Shown: in pieces, positions 6,871 to 13,848 of the stretch | Position numbering within the stretch: the first letter of the stretch is position 1 | Layout: each line of letters starts with the position of its first letter | Source: Acidobacteriota bacterium | GTDB taxonomy: Bacteria > Acidobacteriota > Vicinamibacteria > Vicinamibacterales > UBA2999 | Direction: 5' to 3' | Length of the DNA stretch: 64,000 nt | Assembly (NCBI GenBank): GCA_021730945.1 | Contig: JAKFYH010000005.1 | Span: 73,014 to 137,013, forward strand | Program-made: the position numbers and the translations under genes | The notes under the pieces: model-generated | What the model was told of the DNA's origin: nothing | The model's input: only the letters and a program-made list of their open reading frames with translations | The model's database searches: none

Positions 6871-7721
6871 CGCGACGCCTCGGCCTCGAGCGGCATGCCG
6901 ATCCAGCCGGTGACGGCGGCGCGCGTCACGCCGTCGCGCTCGATCGCGCGGCGCAGGTCGCGCAACAGCTGCTCGCAGTGACGGTAGAGCGGCTTGGCCG
7001 CCTGGGCGGTTTGCTCGGCCAGTGTTGCGAGGGAAATGCCGTGGCAATAGCGGTGGATCAGCAACTGCCGGTCGGCCGGTGCCAGCCCGTCCAGCGCGCG
7101 GCGTAACGCGGCCAGGGCGCGCCGGCGCTCGCGGGCCGCCTCAGCCTCGGCCTGCAGATCGACTGCGGGATCAGATTGGTAGTGGTCCACGCACTCGGCC
7201 GCCACGAACGTACGCCGCGACCGGGCCTTGAGCCGTTGGCAGAGCTCCCGCAACCACGAACGGTCTGTTTCGGGATAGGCGGCCAGAAACCACTGCTCGG
7301 CTTCGCTCATCGTGAAGCCGTCGCGCCGGATGAGCCGGTCCAGCTCGATGCCGAGCGGACCATGCTGGCGGGCAACCACGCTCGGACGCCACCGGCCCCA
7401 GTCGCGAATACGCTGATCGAGCAGCAGGTTGTGCGCCACGCTGGTGAGGTAGGTTTCGATCGACGCCTGTCCCCGGAAGTGCCGTAACAGGCGGCCCTGG
7501 CGGGCTGAGACCTTGACCCACAACTCCGACCGCAGGTCTTCAGCCTGGTCGTCGGTGAGGCGAAACCGCCGCGCGGTGCGAGTGGCTGCCGCTTCCACGG
7601 CCGGACCCCAGAGCTCGAATAGAGCCCGTGGATGCAGGCAGACTTCGGAACGGGACGGTCGCCGACGTGCTGGCGGCGGGACCTGAACCAACGGCGCAGA
7701 CCTGAGCACGGCTGAAGCCAA
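6867..7721 (-). CDS. Divergent sigma-70/ECF-like protein with an insertion between regions 2 and 4
   Basis: TTG start 7721 is preceded by GGAGG-tttcg. Region-2-like DDQAEDLRSELWVKV...ETYLTSVAHNLLLDQRIRDW. Region-4-like LAPADRQLLIHRYCHGISLATLAEQTAQAAKPLYRHCEQLLRDLRRAI. About 60 aa lie between them. Confidence 0.6.
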   Translation of the reverse strand: MASAVLRSAPLVQVPPPARRRPSRSEVCLHPRALFELWGPAVEAAATRTARRFRLTDDQAEDLRSELWVKVSARQGRLLRHFRGQASIETYLTSVAHNLLLDQRIRDWGRWRPSVVARQHGPLGIELDRLIRRDGFTMSEAEQWFLAAYPETDRSWLRELCQRLKARSRRTFVAAECVDHYQSDPAVDLQAEAEAARERRRALAALRRALDGLAPADRQLLIHRYCHGISLATLAEQTAQAAKPLYRHCEQLLRDLRRAIERDGVTRAAVTGWIGMPLEAEASR

Positions 7722-7849
7722 CGAAACCTCCTATGGTGACCTTTGGATCAGGTCACTTTGGTTGCATAGGGGGTAACGATGGCCGGGGGCAAAACGAACA
7801 GCCCGCCGATAAATTGTCTGGGGAGGGCGTCGAGCCCTGGGCGGGCCGC

Positions 7850-8752
7850 CTATGCCGGCCGGACGAGGCAAACCGCCTGCCAATGGTCTTCGTCCAGGCG
7901 CCGGACCTCGGCCAGGCCCGGCAGCGCGGCCAGGACCCCGTCGATTTCGGTATGGTCGAACCCGCTCACGATCAACCGGCCGCCCGGATTCACCAGGGCC
8001 GCAATCGCGCGCCCGCTCGAGGTCAGCATGCCGCCGGTCAGGTTCGCGAGCACCAGGTCGGCCGGGGCCGGCGGCGCGGCGCGAAAGTCAGACACCTGGA
8101 ACTCGATGGTGTCGGGCAGCGTGTTCATGCGGGCGCTGGTTTCGGCCGACTCAATCGCGTCCACGTCCACATCGATTCCGACGACGCGGCGGGCGCCGCT
8201 GAGCGCGGCCGCCATCGTCAGCACGCCGGATCCGGTCCCGAGGTCCAGGACGGTCAGGTCCGACACGTCAAGCTCCGACAACAGGCGCAGGCACATCCGG
8301 GTGGTCGCATGGTGGCCGGTGCCAAACCCCATCGACGGTTCGATCACGATCACGGTGGCGGCGACATCGGCGGCCGGCATGTCCCACGGCGGCGCGATGA
8401 TGAAGCGGCCCGCGTGGACCATGGTCAGCGTTGCCTGTGAACGGGCCGCCCAGTCCTCGTCTGGCAGGTCCACTGACTCGACCACCAGATGGGGCAGCGC
8501 CTCACGGATCGCGGCGGCGGCCAGGTCGCGCTCGCTGGCCTCGTTGAAGCAGACATTCCAGTGCAGGGGAGTCGGTGGCGGATCGGGAATCGGCGGGTAG
8601 GTCGGATCCCACAGCCCACCGGGCGGCAGCGGCCGCTCGGCAAGGTCATGTATGGCGACCGGCGAAAAGTCGGTGAGGACCGCGGAGACGAGGTCTTCCG
8701 AGTCATCGACGATGGTGGCGCGCAAGAACAACGCCGGCCATTGACGAGTCAT
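7850..8752 (-). CDS. prmA: Ribosomal protein L11 methyltransferase
   Basis: FGTGHHATTRMCLRLL...VLDLGTGSGVLTMAAALSGARRVVGIDVDVDAIESA is the PrmA SAM-MTase pattern. Start ATG 8752 (MTRQWPALF) avoids overlap with dnaJ. Confidence 0.85.
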   Translation of the reverse strand: MTRQWPALFLRATIVDDSEDLVSAVLTDFSPVAIHDLAERPLPPGGLWDPTYPPIPDPPPTPLHWNVCFNEASERDLAAAAIREALPHLVVESVDLPDEDWAARSQATLTMVHAGRFIIAPPWDMPAADVAATVIVIEPSMGFGTGHHATTRMCLRLLSELDVSDLTVLDLGTGSGVLTMAAALSGARRVVGIDVDVDAIESAETSARMNTLPDTIEFQVSDFRAAPPAPADLVLANLTGGMLTSSGRAIAALVNPGGRLIVSGFDHTEIDGVLAALPGLAEVRRLDEDHWQAVCLVRPA

Positions 8753-8810
8753 GCGACCGGGCAGCTTCGCGTCTGCGTCATCTGTGTCATCCGCGGCAAC
8801 GGCATTGGTG

Positions 8811-9932
8811 TCAGCCGAAGATGTCTTTGACCTTGCCAAAGATGCCGCGGTCGTCTTCGTCACGTACCTGGGGCGAGACCTTCTGTTCGGGCAGTGTCGC
8901 GGCCAGGTCCTGCAACAGTTTCTTCTGTTCCTTCGACAGTTTCTTCGGCGTCACCGCCTGAACCGTCACGAGAATGTCGCCACGCCCGCGGCCCGACACG
9001 TCGGGCATGCCCTTGCCGCGCAGCCGGAAGGTGGTGCCGGTCTGCGTGCTCTCCGGAATCTTGACCGTCTCTTCGGCGTCGATGCCGTGGATGCTGATCT
9101 CGCCACCGAGCGCCAGCGTGGTGAACGCCAGTGGCACCGAGCAATGCAGGTCGTTGCCGTCGCGCTGGAAGAATTCGTGATCCTTGACGAAGATCACGAC
9201 GTAGAGGTCGCCGGCAGGTCCGCCCAGGGTGCCCGATTCGCCCTCGCCGGTCAGCCGGAGCCGCTGCCCGGTAGCGATACCGGCCGGTATCTTCACGGTG
9301 AGCTTGCGCGTCTGTTCGGTGGTACCGGCGCCCCGGCAGGCCTGGCACGGCTTGGCGATTACCTTGCCGGCGCCGCGGCACTGACCGCAGGTGCGGGCCA
9401 TTGTGAAGAAGCCCTGCTGGAAGCGAATCTGCCCCGCGCCGCGGCAACCCGGGCAGGTGGTGGGTGAGGTACCCGGGGCCGCGCCCGAACCCTTGCAGGT
9501 TTCGCAAGTCTCCTGGCGGGGAATCTGGATGTGAGTTTCGACGCCCTTGGCCGCCTGCTCGAACTTGATCTCGAGGTCGTAGCGCAGGTCCGATCCGCGT
9601 TGCGGGCCGCTGCGGCGCGATCCGCCAAACCCGAAGATATCGCCGAGTCCGCCGAAGATGTCCTCGAAGCCGCTGAACTGCGACGGGTCGAACCCCTGCG
9701 CGCCGCCGCCGACGCCGGCGTGTCCGAAGCGGTCATAGCGGGCGCGCTTCTCGTCGTCGCTGAGGATGGCGTAGGCTTCGGCCGCCTCCTTGAACTTTTC
9801 CTCCGCCGACTTGTCGCCGGGATTGCGGTCGGGATGGAACTTGAGCGCGAGCCGGCGATAGGAGCTTTTAATCTCCTGTTCGGTCGAGGTCTTGGTGACT
9901 TCGAGAATCTCGTAGTAGTCGCGCCTGCTCAC
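8811..9932 (-). CDS. dnaJ: Chaperone DnaJ
   Basis: J domain (DYYEILEV...HPDRNPGD), G/F region and four CxxCxG zinc motifs. GTG 9932 forms a GTGA overlap with the grpE stop. Confidence 0.95.
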   Translation of the reverse strand: MSRRDYYEILEVTKTSTEQEIKSSYRRLALKFHPDRNPGDKSAEEKFKEAAEAYAILSDDEKRARYDRFGHAGVGGGAQGFDPSQFSGFEDIFGGLGDIFGFGGSRRSGPQRGSDLRYDLEIKFEQAAKGVETHIQIPRQETCETCKGSGAAPGTSPTTCPGCRGAGQIRFQQGFFTMARTCGQCRGAGKVIAKPCQACRGAGTTEQTRKLTVKIPAGIATGQRLRLTGEGESGTLGGPAGDLYVVIFVKDHEFFQRDGNDLHCSVPLAFTTLALGGEISIHGIDAEETVKIPESTQTGTTFRLRGKGMPDVSGRGRGDILVTVQAVTPKKLSKEQKKLLQDLAATLPEQKVSPQVRDEDDRGIFGKVKDIFG

Positions 9933-10459
9933 GATGCTTTTGCGACCTTCACGATGGCCGGGCGCAACAGCCGTTCGCCCAGCTTGTAGCCCTTGGCGAG
10001 CACGGCCACCACTTCGCCGTCGCGCGCGCCGTCCACTTCTTCGTAGGCCACCGCCTGGTGAAAGTGCGGATCGAAATCGGCGCCGAGCGCCTCGACGACG
10101 ACCACGCCGCGCTTCTTGAGCAGGTCGGCGAGCTGGCGCTCGATCAGTTCAAGACCGGCCTTGAACTGCTGCGCCTCGGGCGGCGCCTCGGCGGCGAGGG
10201 CGCGGTCGAAGTCGTCGGCAATCGCGAGGACGTCGTTGAGGACCTCGGCCGCGGCCCACTCGATCATGTCCTTGCGGTCACGATCGACGCGCTTGCGGAA
10301 ATTGTCGAACTCCGCGGTCTTGCGCAGCAGCCGGTCGTACAAGTCGTCACGCTCTCGCTTGATCGCTTCTGCCGGCGTGCCGGCATCGGGCGGATCGAGA
10401 GGGCCGGCTTCGGTCGCGGGCATGCCGGTGTCAGTGGGGTCGGTCAGTTCGTCGCTCAT
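9929..10459 (-). CDS. grpE: Nucleotide exchange factor GrpE
   Basis: MSDELTD...DRLLRKTAEFDNFRKRVDRD...DPHFHQAV is the GrpE signature. ATG at 10459. The track's 495-aa version is an artefactual upstream extension across hrcA. Confidence 0.9.
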   Translation of the reverse strand: MSDELTDPTDTGMPATEAGPLDPPDAGTPAEAIKRERDDLYDRLLRKTAEFDNFRKRVDRDRKDMIEWAAAEVLNDVLAIADDFDRALAAEAPPEAQQFKAGLELIERQLADLLKKRGVVVVEALGADFDPHFHQAVAYEEVDGARDGEVVAVLAKGYKLGERLLRPAIVKVAKAS

Positions 10460-10536
10460 GAAACTTGAAGCTTGAAGGGTTACAACGTCAGAAACTCGGA
10501 AAGTTGACGGTTCAACTTCCCACTGTTCAACTCTCG

Positions 10537-11592
10537 TTAGTTTACGTCCCGCAGCACACGCGCGACGGCGAGCGCGGCGATGTCGACCACGCTGATCGCC
10601 TTGGAGTAGCGCATGCGGGTGGGGCCGATCACGCCGACGGTGCCGGTGCTGCGGCCGTCGAAGTAGGTCGCGGCAATCAGGCTGAAGGGCCGCAATTCCG
10701 GATCGCTGTGTTCGGCGCCGATCACGACCGTGAGACCAGGGCCGTCGATGTACTCGGTCAGGATGCCGACCAGCCGCTGCTTCTCTTCGACCATGCGCAG
10801 CAGCCCGCGCAGGGTCGCAGCTGAAATCCCACTGGCCTGCACCACCTCCTCGAGCAGGCTCGAGGCTCCGTCGATATAGACAGCCGTCGGCCGTTCGAGG
10901 TCCGCGAATGAGCTGCTCGCCAGTCGTAGTGCCAGGCCGAGGAGCTGGTCGTAGAGCGACCGTTCCTGCCTCAGCCGGTCGATCACGCCGTCGCGGACGT
11001 CCTCGAGCGTGCGGCCGGCGAACTCGGAATTCAGGAAATTGGCGGCCTGGACCAGTTCCGAGGCCGTGACCGACTCGCCGATGTCGACGGTCTTCTGCGA
11101 CACCTGGTTGCCGCTGGCCACCACCACCACCAGGATGCGATGGCCGCTGAGCGGCACGAACTCGATGCGCTGGAACAGCGCGCGGGCGTTGGGCGGCGCG
11201 ATGGCGAACCCCACGCTGCGGCTGGCCTCCGAGAGCACGTGCGAGGTCGACGACATCAGGTCGTCCATCAGCGGAGCATCGCCGGCTTCGTGTCGCAGGC
11301 GCGCTTCGACCGCCGACACGTCCTTGGTGGCGCGGCGGCCTTCGATCAACATGTCGACATAGCAGCGGTAGCCGGTGTCGGTGGGCACGCGCCCGGCGGA
11401 GGTGTGCGGCTGCCACACGTAGCCCATCTCTTCGAGCTGGGCGAGGACGTTGCGCACCGTCGCTGACGAGACGTTCAACCCGGCCTTCTGGGCAAGCGTC
11501 GCCGACGCCACCGGTTCGCCCGTCTCGACATAGGAGCGAACCAGGGTGACCAGGATGCGGCGCGTACGGTCGGAGAGGGCCGGGCCAGTCAT
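10537..11592 (-). CDS. hrcA: Heat-inducible transcription repressor HrcA
   Basis: MTGPALSDRTRRILVTLVRSYVETGEPVASATLAQKAGLNVSSATVRNVLAQLEEMGYVWQPHTSAGRVPTDTGYR. ATG at 11592. Confidence 0.9.
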   Translation of the reverse strand: MTGPALSDRTRRILVTLVRSYVETGEPVASATLAQKAGLNVSSATVRNVLAQLEEMGYVWQPHTSAGRVPTDTGYRCYVDMLIEGRRATKDVSAVEARLRHEAGDAPLMDDLMSSTSHVLSEASRSVGFAIAPPNARALFQRIEFVPLSGHRILVVVVASGNQVSQKTVDIGESVTASELVQAANFLNSEFAGRTLEDVRDGVIDRLRQERSLYDQLLGLALRLASSSFADLERPTAVYIDGASSLLEEVVQASGISAATLRGLLRMVEEKQRLVGILTEYIDGPGLTVVIGAEHSDPELRPFSLIAATYFDGRSTGTVGVIGPTRMRYSKAISVVDIAALAVARVLRDVN

Positions 11593-11618
11593 TAGCAGTC
11601 GTCCACGGGGACTGCTAG
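11592..11618 (-). promoter_or_regulatory. CIRCE-like HrcA operator
   Basis: Sense-strand sequence is CTAGCAGTC-N9-GACTGCTAA. The consensus is TTAGCACTC-N9-GAGTGCTAA. The central C/G change is symmetric in both arms. The last A of the element is the A of the hrcA ATG. Confidence 0.75.
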
Positions 11619-11620
11619 GA

Positions 11621-11648
11621 ATTGTAACACGCCCCGGGAGACCTAGAA
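11621..11648 (-). promoter_or_regulatory. Putative hrcA promoter (-35 TTCTAG, 16-nt spacer, -10 TACAAT)
   Basis: TACAAT (11626-11621) lies 2 nt upstream of CIRCE. TTCTAG (11648-11643) overlaps the stop codon of the upstream amidohydrolase gene. Pattern match only. Confidence 0.4.
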
Positions 11649-12986
11649 CCCGGCGCGGGAGGCGAGGGCGGCGGCCTGGGCCCTGGCTTCGTCGGCACAA
11701 GTCGCCGGATCCCAACGAGTTGGCCGAAAGTCGTCCACCAGCACCTCGCCATCGACGACCGTGGTCCGGACGTCGGTGCCGCGGGCGGAATAGACGAGTG
11801 TCGAGTAGGGATCGCGAGTGGTCAGAAACTGCGGCCGGTCGCGGTCGATCAGCAGGAAGTCGGCGCGCTTGCCGGTCTCGATGCTGCCCAGTTCGTGGTC
11901 AAGGCCGATCGCGCGCGCGCCCTCGCGCGTCGCCATCCACAACGCGTCTCGCGCCGTCAGTGCGCCGGGGCCCTGGCGCACCGACTGCAGCACGGCCGCC
12001 AGGCGCATCTCCTCGAACATATCCAGGTGGTTGTTGCAGGCGGCGCCGTCGGCGCCGAGCGACACCGAGATGCCTTTCGCCCGCATCTCAACCACCGGCG
12101 CCAGGCCGGAGCCGAGCTTCAGATTCGACCCCGGGCAGTGCAGCACCTTGACCTCGCGCTCGGCCATGACCGCCTGTTCGCGATCATCCACCCACACGCA
12201 GTGGGCCAGGCACAGGCGGGGCGACGCCAGGCCGGTATGCGCGAGGTAGTCGATGTTCGACCGCCCGGTGCGCTGGCGAATCAGGGCGACCTCGTCACGA
12301 TTCTCCGACGCGTGGGTGTGGACCACCAGGCCATGTTCCTGCGACAGCGACGCCACCCCCTCCAGCAAGGACTGCGAGCACGAGACCGCGAAGCGCGGCG
12401 CGAAGGCGGCCCGGAGCCGGCCGTTGGCGCGGCCGTGCCAGCGGCGGGCCAGGGCCACGCTCTCGTCGAGTGAGTGCGCGGTTCGCTCCAGCAAGCGCGC
12501 CGGCACCGCATCGTCGGCGTCCATCATGCATTTGCCGACCACGGCACGCAGGCCCAGGGGCTCGAGTGCGGCAAACACCGCGTCGGTGTCGTGCACGGTC
12601 TCCATGGTCAAGACGGTGGTGGTGCCGCTCAGCAACAGCTCGGAGGCGGCTTGCCGCGCCGCGGCCGCCAACGAGGCGGGGGTGTGGGCCGCTTCCATCG
12701 GCCAGATCCGCGTCTTGAGCCAGTCGAGCAACGCCAGGTCGTCGGCGTAGCCGCGAAACAGCGTCTGGCACAAATGGATGTGGGTCTGGATGAAGCCGGG
12801 CACGAGATACGCCCCGCGCGCATGAATGACGCGATCGGCGCGTTCGTGATCCGCCACCACGCCGACGGAGACCAGGCGGCCGTCGCGCACCAGCACGTCA
12901 CCCTCGAGCACCGTGAAGGTGTCGTTCATGGTGACGATGGTCGCGCCGCGAATGATTAACGAAGAGCCTTGAGGTTCGGGAACCAT
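11643..12986 (-). CDS. Amidohydrolase-superfamily deaminase (MtaD / TRZ-ATZ / guanine-deaminase-like)
   Basis: IIRGATIVTMND...VLVRDGRLVSVG...YLVPGFIQTHIHLCQTLFRGYADD...VHTHASEN...HCVWV...SLGADGAACNN are amidohydrolase metal-binding motifs. Substrate is not assignable by eye. Confidence 0.8.
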   Translation of the reverse strand: MVPEPQGSSLIIRGATIVTMNDTFTVLEGDVLVRDGRLVSVGVVADHERADRVIHARGAYLVPGFIQTHIHLCQTLFRGYADDLALLDWLKTRIWPMEAAHTPASLAAAARQAASELLLSGTTTVLTMETVHDTDAVFAALEPLGLRAVVGKCMMDADDAVPARLLERTAHSLDESVALARRWHGRANGRLRAAFAPRFAVSCSQSLLEGVASLSQEHGLVVHTHASENRDEVALIRQRTGRSNIDYLAHTGLASPRLCLAHCVWVDDREQAVMAEREVKVLHCPGSNLKLGSGLAPVVEMRAKGISVSLGADGAACNNHLDMFEEMRLAAVLQSVRQGPGALTARDALWMATREGARAIGLDHELGSIETGKRADFLLIDRDRPQFLTTRDPYSTLVYSARGTDVRTTVVDGEVLVDDFRPTRWDPATCADEARAQAAALASRAGF

Positions 12987-13792
12987 TGCAGCGAGGCCGA
13001 CTTCAGCGCCTCGGCCTTGCCGCGCCGCACCGCGATCAACTCGGCGATGATGCTGACGGCAATCTCCTGCGGCGTGACCGCGCCCAGGTCGAGGCCGATC
13101 GGGGCGTGAATGCGGGCGAGCCGATCCGGATCGACGCCGCCTTCACCGAGCAGTTGTTCGTAGAGGCGGGCGACCTTGGCCCGGCTGCCGATCAGCCCCA
13201 TGTAGCGCAGTTCGCGCGGCGCCAGCGCCCGCAGCGCATCCAGATCGTTGCGGTGGCCGCGGGTCACGATCACGGCGTAGGCGGTGGCGGGCAGGGGAGT
13301 GCGTTCCAGCCAGGCCGGAATGTCGTCGACCACGACCGACGCGGCAAACGGAAAGCGTTCGGCGTTGGCAAACGCGGCGCGGTCGTCCACCACATGCACA
13401 CCGAAGCCGGCGTCGTGGGCGATGCGGGCCAGGTAGTAGCCGACGTGCCCGGCGCCAAAAATATAGACCGCCGGCGAGGCTTCGATCGGTTCGATGAACA
13501 CCTCCATCTGCCCGCCGCAGACCAGCCCGGTCTCTTCAGCGAAATCGTCGTTGAGGTCGTACTTGACGGTGGTGGCCTTGCGGGTGGCCAGCACGATCCT
13601 GGCCTTGCCAATGGCGTCGTGTTCGTAACAGCCGCCGCCGACCGTGCCCACGATCCGGCCGTCGCCGAAGACCAGCATCTTGGCGCCCACGCGCTGCGGC
13701 GTCGAGCCATTGGAGGCGACGATCGTCACCAGGGCCGCTTCTTCACCGCGCGAGAGGGCTTCCCCTAGCGCCGCGAAGACTTCATGGTTCAT
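12956..13792 (-). CDS. XdhC/CoxI-family accessory protein
   Basis: MNHEVFAALGEALSRGEEAALVTIVASNGSTPQRVGAKMLVFGDGRIVGTVGGGCYE... plus a Rossmann-like IFGAGHVGYYLARIA. ATG at 13792. The upstream part of the track ORF is Arg/Pro-rich junk. Confidence 0.8.
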   Translation of the reverse strand: MNHEVFAALGEALSRGEEAALVTIVASNGSTPQRVGAKMLVFGDGRIVGTVGGGCYEHDAIGKARIVLATRKATTVKYDLNDDFAEETGLVCGGQMEVFIEPIEASPAVYIFGAGHVGYYLARIAHDAGFGVHVVDDRAAFANAERFPFAASVVVDDIPAWLERTPLPATAYAVIVTRGHRNDLDALRALAPRELRYMGLIGSRAKVARLYEQLLGEGGVDPDRLARIHAPIGLDLGAVTPQEIAVSIIAELIAVRRGKAEALKSASLQWFPNLKALR

Positions 13793-13848
13793 GGGGAGTG
13801 ATTGTACCCGGGAACTGGTGGATGCTGTCTCCCGTCTCCCGGGCCGGA

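Noticed and set aside
10460-11416. N-terminal 319 residues of the 495-aa track ORF containing grpE
   Set aside because: The extension overlaps hrcA in another frame and is Arg/Pro-rich. GrpE homology begins at the ATG at 10459.
13807-13843. Inverted repeat CCCGGGA...TCCCGGG with an internal GTCTCCC x2 duplication between PBP1A and xdhC
   Set aside because: It has only two repeat units and a 23-nt loop, which is too weak to call a terminator or an array on its own. It is mentioned under the 24031 finding as a possible relative.
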